Of a DNA stretch of 64,000 nucleotides, positions 50,497-62,479 are shown one piece after another. Origin of the DNA: Octopus bimaculoides (lineage: Eukaryota); contig NC_068985.1 in assembly GCF_001194135.2 (NCBI RefSeq), forward strand, positions 105,463,853-105,527,852, in the 5' to 3' direction. The notes under the pieces are model-generated. The model searched no databases, was not told the origin of the DNA, and saw nothing but the letters and a program-made list of their open reading frames with translations. The position numbers were made by a program, and so were the translations under genes. The first letter of the stretch is position 1, and every line of letters starts with the position of its first letter.

Positions 50497-51045
50497 TGTA
50501 TATTCAAGCACACGCACACATGTACATGTATGTGCATATGCGTTTGTGTATTCACATATATTCATCTGGGGAAGAAGAACCGAGTGGTGGGTACTGTTGA
50601 ACAAGGATAGACACATGTCTCATTTCACGAGCGATTTACAGGTTTCTGAACACTCTACTAGTGTTTAATGTTCCTGAAGTATCTAGGCTAATGGTTAGTG
50701 TAACCTGTATGCCATGACACTTTTATGTGCCAACAAATTATGCAATTTTGTCACGAGGTCAGAAAGTTTTACATTTTTCTTTTTTTCATATTTGCAGATT
50801 AAAATTATTGCCTATTTTTATCGTATATGCGAGCTCTCACACGCGAGTTCGAACACAGCTTTTTAATGGCCCAGCTAAACGATACTTAAAATTTGTTTTA
50901 TAGTATATCTATCTATTTGTGTTGTCGTCTTTAGTGAAGCAAAAGTATGTCACCATCCTGAAAGTTCTAATCTAGTTTGTTTGGCGGTTGATGCTATTGA
51001 TTTGAAGGTTAAGTGTAATGTAATCAATGTATGCGTTTGTGTGGG

Positions 51046-51047
51046 TA

Positions 51048-51083
<36 letters not shown>

Positions 51084-51091
51084 GTAGTAGT

Positions 51092-51152
<61 letters not shown>
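51046..51152. repeat. Compound (TAG)n-(CAG)n-(TAG)n trinucleotide repeat
   Basis: Direct reading. Confidence 0.95.
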
Positions 51153-52175
51153 ACTGAAAATATAAAAAATGTTTAGAGGAAGGAGACGTAAGTTACACCC
51201 ATAGTCCTGGGCAGAATCCCATTGATGTGTTGGTAGGCTGTAATTTGAGGGATGTTTCATGGCTATTTCTAACAAGACGAGCAATGGTAGGGAACCTTTT
51301 TTAGAACCAGTCTAAATTGCAAATGCAATTAAATAATTGCATAAAAACTTATAGATCTGCATCTGTACTGAGAATAATAAATCTTTATCTACGTCATAAG
51401 AATTCAGAAACTTCGAGAGACTTAAAATAATTCGTTTTTAACGGCAGAAGTTGAAATATATAAAGCTATATATAATAACCTGTAAGTATTCCGTTAAAAA
51501 CACTTTGAATAGAAAAAAAACTAGAAGGCTTTAATTTTACAAACTCACAGAAATGTTAAATTAAATTACGTTTTGATCGTAATGCTTTAACTGTTTTTGC
51601 TTTTGTTTTTTTTTATGTAGATATTTAGAGATTTTGGCAGCGAGCGGTTACAAATTTAAATGCAGGCAAATATTTTCGTCCGTGGAAGATGAATTACTCG
51701 ACAAAGATGCAGTGACTCTCTTTGGTTCATGTCTATTCTTGGTAAATGTGTACCTGTGGAAATGAAACAGGTGGGTTGATGGGGATTGAAGAGGAGATAT
51801 TGGAAAATTTGCGTGCGTGTTTGTGCGTGCATTTGTGTGTTGTATGCGAATGGTGGAGGGTGACTGAAAGCATGTCTGACAGCTTATATGTGGTTAATTT
51901 ATCTGCATATGTGGTTAATTTAGACATTTTGTTGAAAAGTGGTGTTTAAGAAAATTCTAAAATGTTATTAGGGATATCTTGGCAAGGAACCAGAAGGTCT
52001 AACCACAAGTTATTTACGAAATGAGAGAATTTGCATGTCAGGATGGTTAAATTCCTCCGGTTGATGAGGTAGACAGTTTTCATGCGTGGCTACGAATGTG
52101 AACCTGTACAGAGACGTTGGCACTTGTTATGTGGAAGGGTGTGACCAAAACAGGAAATTGATAATCCCTTTAGAT

Positions 52176-52343
52176 CAGTGGTTCTCAACCCTTTTTTTCT
52201 CCCTATGGACCCCTTTGATTCCTATTTTATTCTACTGGAACCCTCAAAGCCATTCGAAATTTAAAAAGATCTTATTATATTTATATAATGAAATATTATT
52301 AGGAGTTATATAAAAAATTTGTTACAATATTTTGTGTACTGTA
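52176..52343 (+). mobile_element. Left part of a hAT-type MITE, truncated by SINE insertion
   Basis: TIR CAGTGGTTCTCAACC after CTTTAGAT. The body CTATGGACCCCTTTGATTCCTATTTT matches the reverse complement of 61205-61250. Confidence 0.8.
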
Positions 52344-52346
52344 GAA

Positions 52347-52461
52347 GTTGTTGTTGTTGGCACTCCGTCGCTTACGACGTCGAGGGTTCCAGTTGATCCG
52401 ATCAACGGAACAGCCTGCTCGTGCAAGTGGCTGAGCACTCCACAGACACGTGTACCCTTAA
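52347..52461 (-). mobile_element. SINE-C 3' tail fragment fused to family D
   Basis: (GTT)n GGCACTCCGTCG...GTGTACCCTTAAC, with a deletion between two CGTG direct repeats relative to the full copies. Confidence 0.9.
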
Positions 52462-52583
52462 CTGATATACCCTCCAGCCTTCACCAGGCGTCTTGGAGAA
52501 ATTTTGAACCAGGGTTCTCATTCCTAAGGTATATTTCGATGTTATCATTATTATTGTTGTTGTTGTTGTTGTTGTTGTTAATA

Positions 52584-52652
<69 letters not shown>

Positions 52653-52665
52653 TCANNNNNNNNNN

Positions 52666-52709
<44 letters not shown>

Positions 52710-52839
52710 TCACTGCCTGGAATCGAACTCGGAATCTTAGGGTTAGTAGCCCGCAGTCTTAACCACTACGCCATATGCCCGTGGGCAACAAACAAGATGA
52801 GGACAAATATCCGTCAAATGTAAATAATGTAAATAATGT
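52462..52839 (-). mobile_element. Family D element: full tRNA-like head (52708-52780), (AAT)n, mutated half hammerhead, plus an inverted tail piece (52787-52839, plus strand)
   Basis: Head GGGCATATGGCGTAGTGGTTAAGACTGCGGGCTACTAACCCTAAGATTCCGAGTTCGATTCCAGGCAGTGACC with consensus A and B boxes. Junction palindrome GCCC-GT-GGGC. The tail AACAAACAAGATGAGGACAAATATCCGTCAAATGTAAATAATG is in the opposite orientation. 10-N gap at 52656-52665. Confidence 0.85.
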
Positions 52840-53004
52840 CCTTTCCCTTTGTTTAAGCATCATCTGCTAGAGTTTGATTCTCCCCCTCAAGAATATTTTT
52901 AAAGAAAACTTTAGACTACAACAGAGAATCCAGAATGGAATTGGTTCGCATCACTTGCTATTCTTGTGAGGAGCAGTGATCGCAAATATTGTTAACTTTA
53001 AAAA

Positions 53005-53227
53005 TGGCGGCGAACTGGCAGAATCGTAAGGGCATCGGAAAAGATGCTTTGCAATATTTCTTCTGACTCTTTGCTTTCTGACTTCAAATCCCGCCAAGGT
53101 TAATTTTGCCTTTCATCCTTTCGGAATTGACAAAATAAAATATCAGTCAAGAAATAGAGTTGATGGTATCCCCTGACCTCCTCCTCACCAAACTGCTGGC
53201 TTTGTGCCTAAATCAGAAATTATTACT
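53005..53227 (+). mobile_element. Old SINE family B (B2 tail)
   Basis: GGCGGCGAACTGGCAGAATCGT...TTCAAATCCCGCCAAGG...GCCTTTCATCCTTTCGG...GGCTTTGTGCCTAAATCAGAAA. Confidence 0.85.
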
Positions 53228-53389
53228 AGCTTTAAAAGGCATAATGCTAGAACAATATCACAGATCGTATAATAAACGTTATATGTAACGTGTTTCTGGT
53301 TGTGCCCAAAGTAAGTCTACAGAAGAAGGAGAAACTGTTGTTTATACCAAATGTTTTCCAGTACATTACCATTCTAAGTTCTATAATTC

Positions 53390-53700
53390 GATACCAGTGT
53401 TGTTACAGTCTTGGCTACAATTGTTGCTGTTACTGCCGCTGCTAATTTCACTGGATCTTTGCTGCTATTGCTGCTGCCACTGTGGTTTGCACTTCTGCTT
53501 TTACTGCAGCAATCGTGCTACCAGATGGTATCTGTACATTCGCTGCTACTACAACAACCTCGGCCGATGTGACATTTGTCATCAGAAACAGTATTATTAA
53601 ACGCCAGTGTTTCTTTTCTGGTTGTTACTATTGCAGTAATTGCTACTATTCTCACTCCTATTATTGCTGTTACTGTCGTTATTGCTGTTGTTTAGCACCA
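53390..53700. repeat. Degenerate (GCT/ACT/GTT)n trinucleotide low-complexity region
   Basis: Period-3 CTG/TTG/CTA pattern with frameshifts. Confidence 0.75.
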
Positions 53701-54822
53701 GATTACTCTTCATATATCAAAACTATAGTGAGAAACATTCCAGCCATCACCAATATCTCTTCTTTGTATATCTAACACTACATTCATCAACGTGTCTTTC
53801 TAGTTTTAAGATGATACGGTATGTGAGTGAAAGGAGATTTGACTGGTATTTTTAACATTTCGAGCGACCTTGTTGTAACTGCCGTTGCTACTGCAGTTAC
53901 AATTGATGTCACCAATAATGTAGTCATGTATAACTTCTTCCGTGTAGAAAACTGTCACATAGGCGTCAGTTAACTAACCTCTTAACACTTTCTTCATCTA
54001 CCATCACAATGACAGCTCCCTTAACGGAAGTGACAAAGGTACAGCCATTTTTGATCTCCAGTTCGCCGTGCAGTTAGCCTTAAGATTAAAAGAAGAAAAA
54101 ACAATAAGAGAGCATCTACTTGATTATTCGACCTGTAAAATCTCCTAAAAAAAAATAATACATTGGATGAAGCAGTTCATGATATCTTATTCCTAAAATA
54201 AGAATTGATCATCGGTTTCTACAATCAGAGATAGAACGAAACTGAAGACCCACAGCAGCAATATATCTTTTAAATCACTCGTCGTAGTTTTCCCTAATCG
54301 CACAATTTGCATTAATGTTTCTCCACACCTTAATCATTATATTTTCCTATTAAAAGGCGACGGAACGAGGTTTACTATAGAGAGCCTGACCTTTTACACA
54401 CGACATAACAATTGCCTTCGACGCTAGGTCGAAGACTGATGAAATGTGGGCAGTTTAGGATTGCATGTAGAATACTTTCGTCTACTCTACTGCATCTAGA
54501 ACATGCCTTATCGTATGACTAACTTATTTGTAAAGCTTACCGCGAACCTATAGTACCCGTCTGTATCACTGACAAATATTTCTAGAAGTTATCCATGTTT
54601 CTCTATGGTTTCTTTGTAATCTTTGTTAGTTACTGCAGAGTAAAATCTATTTGCCAACGTAAAGTAGCAGTCCAGATTCGGACGATGTTACTAATTTTTT
54701 TAGCCCAAGAAAACAGCCTTTTTCCAGCTGGTATCCGTTTAAGGCTGAGTGGGGACATCAGCTCCCTTGATCGAGGTGTAAGGACGCAGTTGTGCGTCCT
54801 TATACCTTGTACGCCCTTAAAC

Positions 54823-54827
54823 ATATA

Positions 54828-54904
<77 letters not shown>

Positions 54905-55032
54905 GTATGATGTGTGTGTGTGTGTGTTTGTGTGTGTATGTATATATATATATATATGTGTGTGTGTGTCTGTATACATACATACATGCATACATACATA
55001 CATGTGTGTATGTATGTTTGTATGTATGTATA
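54823..55032. repeat. Long (TA)n plus (TG)n/(CATA)n compound microsatellite
   Basis: Direct reading. Confidence 0.95.
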
Positions 55033-55539
55033 TACTTATTTATCAAAAGATAACATAAGATGTGGTGGTGATTAAACAAAGTATAACAAAAGCACGGGTC
55101 AACGTGGGAGCTTCGATGTGGTTACCCAAACGACTAGAAATGACAGCTAGTCTTCATCAAAGCACAGTCTCTCATTCAATGGAAAACATATAAGATAATC
55201 TAATGTAGTCTTAGATACTCCATGCCTGAATATAAGGCAAGATGGCCGCGATGGGAACCTCTTTGGTCATAGCAGTCATTTAGGCGTAGCAACAAAAACA
55301 ACAGCAGCTCTAAGTATACAGTTGGTAACTTTGATGGCATTTTTCATCTCGTTGCTTCCACTCTGCCATTTACAACCAACGATTGTGAGAATAACTCGAT
55401 TGCATGTGAAATACGTTAGTATATCTATATACATGCATATATACAAGATATACACATGGATACAGTGAAAATAGTGTGCTAGTATGCACAGAGAAAACTA
55501 CTGATGTCATATGTGCTTCATGGCATCAAAAGATTGTGT

Positions 55540-55756
55540 GAGCGTGTATGTGATTGTGTGTCTGCATGTGTGTGTGTATGTATGTATGTATGTATGTATG
55601 TATGTATGTGTGTATATATGTATATATACAGACACATACATACATACATATATATATATAAAATATACCTCTCTATATGTATATATAGATATATATTCAT
55701 ACATACATAATCTATTTATGTGTGTATGTATGTATACATACACGCGCGCGCGCGCA

Positions 55757-55821
<65 letters not shown>

Positions 55822-57200
55822 NNNNNNNNNNNNNNNNNNNNNNNNNNNNNNNNNNNNNNNNNNNNNNNNNNNNNNNNNNNNNNNNNNNNNNNNNNNNNNN
55901 NNNNNNNNNNNNNNNNNNNNNNNNNNNNNNNNNNNNNNNNNNNNNNNNNNNNNNNNNNNNNNNNNNNNNNNNNNNNNNNNNNNNNNNNNNNNNNNNNNNN
56001 NNNNNNNNNNNNNNNNNNNNNNNNNNNNNNNNNNNNNNNNNNNNNNNNNNNNNNNNNNNNNNNNNNNNNNNNNNNNNNNNNNNNNNNNNNNNNNNNNNNN
56101 NNNNNNNNNNNNNNNNNNNNNNNNNNNNNNNNNNNNNNNNNNNNNNNNNNNNNNNNNNNNNNNNNNNNNNNNNNNNNNNNNNNNNNNNNNNNNNNNNNNN
56201 NNNNNNNNNNNNNNNNNNNNNNNNNNNNNNNNNNNNNNNNNNNNNNNNNNNNNNNNNNNNNNNNNNNNNNNNNNNNNNNNNNNNNNNNNNNNNNNNNNNN
56301 NNNNNNNNNNNNNNNNNNNNNNNNNNNNNNNNNNNNNNNNNNNNNNNNNNNNNNNNNNNNNNNNNNNNNNNNNNNNNNNNNNNNNNNNNNNNNNNNNNNN
56401 NNNNNNNNNNNNNNNNNNNNNNNNNNNNNNNNNNNNNNNNNNNNNNNNNNNNNNNNNNNNNNNNNNNNNNNNNNNNNNNNNNNNNNNNNNNNNNNNNNNN
56501 NNNNNNNNNNNNNNNNNNNNNNNNNNNNNATATATATATATATATACACCTATATGCATACAAACATACATGCATTCTTACATATAATGATGCATACGAC
56601 CATGTATACTTACATACATACGTGCATACATAAAATACTGTTATACATATAAGCATGCTTGCATGGATGCATACATATAGTGCATACAGAAAACTAAGCA
56701 TACAAATCTGCACGTATAGATACATAAATGCAAACATACATACATACATACATACATACATACATACATACATACATACATACTCACATACAAACAAACA
56801 AAACTACCGTTCTTGATGTTGAAATTCCAATGAAGCAGTCTTGGATCTAGGTTAGAAACCGGCTCTTTCTCTATTGACAAGAAATCTTGAAATAAAACTG
56901 AACAAAGACACACACATATATATATATATATGTTAGTATGTATGTATGTATGTATGTATGTATGTATGTATGTATGTATGTATGTATATATACACACACA
57001 CATATATATACATACATACAAACATATTACATACTTATATACATATATATAATATATATGTATACATAGATACACACATATAACATATAAGATACATATA
57101 CAAACGTATATACATATAAATATATATATATATATACATACACACATACATACATACACACATACACACATACATACATGCATACATACATACATACATA
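55540..57200. repeat. Microsatellite field (TATG, CA, CG, TA) containing an assembly gap at 55822-56529
   Basis: Direct reading. Confidence 0.95.
56652..56903 (+). repeat. Unclassified interspersed repeat F, copy 2
   Basis: Homologous to 36003-36243. Confidence 0.8.
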
Positions 57201-57472
57201 CAACGCGCACCTTCGTTTTGGGATCACCTCAACTTTGTTATCTCCCCTTCTTCTTAGCTCTCCTGTGTGACCCTTTTGTCCGGCATTCGTCATGATAGAT
57301 CGCTAACCACTACACACATTTTTTTCTCTGCTTGTTTCTTTGTGTTCCTTTCTGTGGAAGAGCGTAGGCTCGAAACGATAAAGACTTTTTCAGTTCCCGA
57401 GCATTATACTAATACATCTGTTTGTTTTCTACACCACCTGTCTTCGTCTCTTGTTTTTTGTGAATTCTCCCT
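57200..57472 (+). mobile_element. Probable Penelope-like terminal repeat fragment with variant hammerhead-like motif (57346-57385)
   Basis: CTTT CTGTGGA A GAGC GTAG GCTC GAAA CG A T AAAG has hammerhead topology but core substitutions. It sits in pyrimidine-rich, pLTR-like context. Confidence 0.45.
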
Positions 57473-57574
57473 ATACATACGTACATACATATATACATAC
57501 ATACATACAAATATATGCATACATATTTTTATAATGAACTATAAAACATGTCTAGATACTGTACAGCCTTAGGT

Positions 57575-57790
57575 CGATCAATACTTCGTAAGTCAGGTGG
57601 ATGGAAACTGTATAGAAGCCCGTCGGTGTGGACTGTCCCTGTAATTCGAAAGGTACTGTCCTGCCACACTGTATCATAGTGATTCTACCTCAGAATTACT
57701 CTAAGAGTACATACATCTGTGAAATTCTCAGCCACGTACACGTTAATTCATGAGCAGGTAATTCAGTTTATCGAACTATTGAGTCTCCAT
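57575..57790 (+). mobile_element. Old chimeric SINE (A-type centre + C-type tail), copy 1
   Basis: GGATGGAAACTGTATAGAAGCCCGTCG, then CCTGTAATTCGAAAGG...CTCAGCCACGTACACGTTAATTCATGAGCAGG. Confidence 0.7.
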
Positions 57791-57812
57791 CATCGAATGA
57801 TGGAAATCTGCA

Positions 57813-57818
57813 ATGTGT

Positions 57819-57913
<95 letters not shown>
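57813..57913. repeat. (TG)n microsatellite
   Basis: Direct reading. Confidence 0.95.
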
Positions 57914-57915
<2 letters not shown>

Positions 57916-58224
57916 TATATATATATATATATTTATATATCCATCACCATGTGATGAACACTGTTATTCTTGGCGGCAGTGCCAGGACGTCCAGACGTTG
58001 GGTCATCTTCAAGACTCTCCCTTCCCCTCCTAAATTCTGCAGCCTACTTTGGCACTGTCGATAAAGCTTGAACGTCATCCCTTAATGTCGCAACCATATC
58101 AGCATAAATGTTCTTGGGGGCTAAACCCTTTTCCTGCAGATACTTGATAACACGACGATGCCAAATTTTGTCCAGCTCTGTTACCACTCCTTTATAGTAA
58201 GCCTAGGAAATTTTCAGCCCACCC

Positions 58225-58448
58225 TCGAATGCGTGTCATTGTGTTGGTCCCCTTTACACTTCACAACTGCCGTTTATTCGTTTATGTCCCCGTTTCTTGG
58301 CAAAAAGAGAAACTGATGGAATGAGCACAAGACTTTTTAAAAAGTGAAAGTAGTAAAGGAAAGGCGTTTGTTTGATTAAACCCTTCAATGCGTTGCTCCA
58401 GCACAGGTAACAGTCCAATGACTGAAACAAGTAAATAAATAAAAGAAT
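58225..58448 (+). mobile_element. Degenerate SINE-A 3' half
   Basis: TTTATGTCCCCGT...GGCAAAAAGAGA...TTGCTCCAGCA...CCAATGACTGAAACAAGTAAATAAATAAAAGAAT. Confidence 0.75.
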
Positions 58449-59879
58449 AATATAACCAAACATAATCTAAGTGCTGTAGAAATTGGCCGACTCCTTAAGG
58501 AAGTAAAGAAAAAGAAAACAGAGTACATTGATCGAGTTCTATAAGAGATAATACTAATCGATGATTCCAATCACCTGCCGAACTAACGAAGCAAATTTTG
58601 AGAAATAACGTAAGACAATGTAATCGATTTGGTGTAAGTTTGATGGTACTAATTTATTATCGCTCGAATTGATTGGTCAATATTGATTGCAAAGGTTTCA
58701 ACATGCCAACTGATGCGAGCTAGAATTACCTAAGAAGAATACAATCGATGAAGGATGGCGAGGTGTAGAGAAGGAAAGGGAAGAGGTGGGACTTAGAAGC
58801 GAGGCCAAAAATGAAACGAGAGGTAATTGAATAAGGAATATAATTGAAGGGTAATCAGTCGTTGTATTTCTAGGTTTTTTTCTAAACGCATTTTTTTCCC
58901 TACTTTCAGCTTCTCCCATGTACGGCACCATACCATCACTCTCCAATAACTATTTACAGTGTTCTAATTCTTTTCATAATGTTCGGTTTATCTATTCTTT
59001 CTTTCCTTTTTCCATCGGTCTATCTTTCTGCGTCTAATGCGAAAAGCGTATAAAAATAGCACACTCAACCCATCTGTTTAAGTTGTTCGTCGTTGGCATG
59101 CGGAATTCCGCAATTTTTGTTATATGGTGGCTTTTCCCGAATAATAAATGTAAATGCCGCTTCGCAATGACGTCAGAAATCAATATCGTCATGAACTTTT
59201 ATCAGTTGCCTGGCTCATTATCGATTCGTGTTATCCAGTGAACTCGTTGATTCTTGTTTGTCCTGAATTGCTACTCAGCTTGCTGCAATATTTTTCTCTT
59301 CCTTCCTCTTTGATTTAAATAATATTTGTTTGGTGTTATTTCTGGTTTGAATGAAATTAATATAAAAAGAAAATTTTTCTTCCTTATTTTGTATTATTGA
59401 TTCTCTTTTTCAGACGGAGCACAAAACTCTAGATTTCTAATCCAGATAAAATGAGATATAATATTCATGAATTTTTCGAATGCATTAGTGGTATATGAGA
59501 AAGTAAAATGGTTTCAACAATTATTTGGAATAGAGTCACTACAGATGAATCTCAATGCAAAATTCCAGTGCTATTCTGCGATAAAGCTCCAGTTTCCAGT
59601 CTGAGTTTCGTTGGTTTCCACATTGTACCTCGCCCTTCCAACAAAATGTATTCCATTTAAGCACTGGAATTGATGAAATCAGCTACATTTCTCGTTGAAG
59701 ACTTGCGAACTTGTAACAATGCAAGAAATCTTTATAAAAATATTATTTTTTCATTACGAAATACGCAAAATTCTAATTGAAAAAAAAAAAAAGATTTCTT
59801 AAATGCAACAGCTTGGCCGTATTCCAGTGAGTGAAACAAATAAAAGAGAAAAAAAAGGAGTAAATATATGTGATCATCC

Positions 59880-60290
59880 AGATCGAAAACAATAATGTTA
59901 CTAAGTGACGCTCATTCCAGCTCTTTATATTCTCAGTTCAAATCCCGCCGAAGTTAACTTCACTTCTTCGTCCTTCGTCCTTCGTACTTTAAAATAAAGT
60001 ATCAGTCAAATACTGGAGCTGAAATCAACGATTAACCGTTTCCCTTCAAAACTGCTGACTTTGTGTCTAATTCAGAATCCAAGGGCAGTGGATTGGCAGA
60101 AACATTAAAGTGTTAAGAAAATGCATTGCAGCATATATTCCATTCCTTTATGTTCCGTGTTCAAATTCTGTAGAGGTTGACTTTGCCTTTTATCTTTTCG
60201 GGATCGATGAGCATTGGGATCAATGAAATCGACTTAATCCCTTCACTAAAATTGCTGGCTTTATATTTAAATCAGAAACCGTTATTAGGG
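59880..60290 (+). mobile_element. Two degenerate head-to-tail SINE-B (B2) copies
   Basis: AGTTCAAATCCCGCCGAAG at about 59935 and GTTCAAATTCTGTAGAGGTTGACTTTGCC at about 60160, each followed by a CTGG/ACTTTGTG...AGAA-type tail. Confidence 0.7.
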
Positions 60291-60364
60291 GACATTTATA
60301 TTTTGTTTTTGTAACTTAGAGTGCAGATGTTGTTTCTACTGATGTCATTATACTTCATTCTTCT

Positions 60365-60585
60365 AAGGCGGCGATCTGGCAGAATCGTTAGCACGCTGGA
60401 CGAAATGCTTAGTGGTATTTCGTCTGCCGTTACGTTCTGATATCAAATTCCGCCGAAGTCGACTTTGCCTTTCATCCTTTTGAGGTCGATAAATTAAGTA
60501 CCAGCTGAGTACTAGAGTCGATCTGATCGACTATCCCTCTCCCCCCAAATGCCAGGCCTTGTGCTTAGAGTAGAAAGGATTATTA
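60365..60585 (+). mobile_element. Full-length SINE family B (B2 tail)
   Basis: AAGGCGGCGATCTGGCAGAATCGTTAGC...GTCGACTTTGCCTTTCATCC...CAGGCCTTGTGCTTAGAGTAGAAAGGATTATTA. Confidence 0.9.
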
Positions 60586-61001
60586 CTCCATCGCTATATA
60601 CCTCATGTAGTTTTACATCGTTAACCTGTAAATAACTTTAAGAATGCAAATCTATAATTTCCCTGAAATAAAGATGAACCGCAGGTATGACCTTGTTAAA
60701 CAACAACCGAATGAAGTGTTCAACTAACACATCACGCAATACACCAAAACAACCAGTTCTTGCTATATTATGTGCATCGCGTTACTAAGTGATTATTGAT
60801 TAACATACAGAGCGAAAGCATAACACAATACATCAAACAATGAGTTAAACTTCGTACTAACACATTTAGGGTTATATCTAATGAAAAGGAGAGAGTGCCG
60901 GCCTACACTATATCTTACTAACTTGAACGCACAGTTAACCATATTTTAAGACCAACGTAGTAGGGTTCAACCTCTGTTGACACAGATGGCTTCACACAGC
61001 C

Positions 61002-61251
61002 CATTGGCTTTCAGCCGGGATCTATATGACCCTTAAGGGTCCAAATAAGACTCCATTTTCAAAATTTATGTACACTAAATTGGATATAGTTCTACAATAC
61101 ACAAAATATTTTCACAACTTTTTTACACAAATTCTTGTATATAAATATTAAAAAATGTAGTATTTTTTAAACATCGAACGGCTAAGTAGGTCCACCGGTG
61201 TAAAATGGGAATCAAAGGGGTCTATAGGTGAAAAATGATTAAGAAGCCCCC

Positions 61252-61252
<1 letters not shown>
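61002..61252 (-). mobile_element. Degenerate hAT-type MITE, same family as 52176
   Basis: Left end CATTGGCTTTCAGCCGGGATCTATATGACCC is a degenerate TIR. Right end GGAATCAAAGGGGTCTATAGGTGAAAAATGATTAAGAAGCCCC is the reverse complement of the 52176 end. Confidence 0.7.
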
Positions 61253-61290
<38 letters not shown>

Positions 61291-61996
61291 TAAACACACA
61301 CACACACATACACACACCACAACCATTATCTTTGGTCTTCGGAATTCTAATTTAAATATTTAATATTTCCATCAAGAGGAACAACTTCAATCGAATTCTT
61401 CCGGTTTCATGCTAAAAGGAAGTTTTACGGTAACAACGTATGTTGCCCCGGTCATGGGAGTTCAAACGAATCGTTTTAAAACCGTCTGCGCTTCGTATTA
61501 TCACCTCCAATGCTATCTATTTCTCGCAAATTCAGTCTACTTAAGGACTGTCTAAAGATGACGTAACTGGCCACAATACGCAGAGGTAGTACTGTAAACT
61601 TTTTAACAAAAAAAGGATGTGTTTCTTTAACATAAGTGAACTCAAATATTCTCACTTCACCACACTCACAAGTAACCCGAGCATTAGAAGCAGAAATTCT
61701 GACACGTTATAAGTAAATTATAGACAAGAAACAAACAATTACTTCAATCCCCACCAATCCACCCCCATTGCAGTAGGGATAAAATTACAGCTTGAAGTCC
61801 ACGTGTTCCTTTGGGGATAAAAGATGCCGCATGCTAGCAACGGTTTTGTTGTAAGTCTCTCGTGGGATGTTATTCCTATTGTTATTTATACAGAGGTAAC
61901 AAATAAATGTTCAGTTTCTAACGTGTTGTGTGGCAGTGTAACTGAGATTTCTCTGAAAGAAGGGTAACTGTGTGAGAATGTGAGAGTATGTGTGTA

Positions 61997-62180
61997 CATC
62001 TATCTATCTATCTATCTGTCTATCTGTCTGTCTGTCTGTCTGTCTTCTGCCTGCCTTTCCATCTATCAATTCATTTACATGCATACATACATACATACAT
62101 ACATACGCACACACACATACATACATACATACATACATACATACATACATACATACATACATACATACATACATACATAC
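61997..62180. repeat. (CTAT)(CTGT)(CATA)n compound microsatellite
   Basis: Direct reading. Confidence 0.95.
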
Positions 62181-62254
62181 AAAAGGTTTCACGTTCGATC
62201 TTACTGTGTGGAATTTTGGGTAAATATCATTTTCTATAGCCACGTGTCAAGTGA

Positions 62255-62470
62255 AATTGCGTTGACAGAAACCATAGAGAAGCCCATCGTACAGATAGAT
62301 AGTACCTGTAATTCAAAAGACACAAGACTGTCACATTGATTCTGCCTGGGATTTTCCTTAAAGGTACACGTATCAGTGACAATACTCGGTCACTTACACC
62401 TTAATTCAGGAGCAAGTCATTCAGCTGATCGAGCAATTGAATCCGCGTCGCCAAACGACAGAGATCCATT
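62255..62470 (+). mobile_element. Old chimeric SINE (A-type centre + C-type tail), copy 2
   Basis: GAAACCATAGAGAAGCCCATCG, then CCTGTAATTCAAAAG...AAAGGTACACG...GAGCAAG...GACAGAGATCC. Confidence 0.6.
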
Positions 62471-62479
62471 AGTACATGT

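Noticed and set aside
52620-52712. Apparent duplication of (ATT)n-CAGGTCA in family D
   Set aside because: It straddles a 10-N gap and is most simply an unmerged contig overlap.
52708-52780. Possible functional tRNA gene (ACT at the anticodon position)
   Set aside because: The acceptor and anticodon stems do not pair properly and it is fused to repeat sequence. Treated as a SINE head, like the heads of families A, B, C and E.
53397-53855. Ala/Thr/Val- and Cys/Tyr-rich ORFs
   Set aside because: Degenerate trinucleotide repeat with frameshifts, no splice signals and no recognisable domain.
59395-59460. Acceptor-like TTCTCTTTTTCAG (similar one at 50780-50798)
   Set aside because: Only short open frames follow, with no matching donor or recognisable peptide.
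59160-61570. CRE (TGACGTCA at about 59169) and ETS/CRE-like motifs near 61400-61565 as a promoter
   Set aside because: Short motifs are expected by chance in 64 kb, and no linked gene or CpG-rich island is visible.
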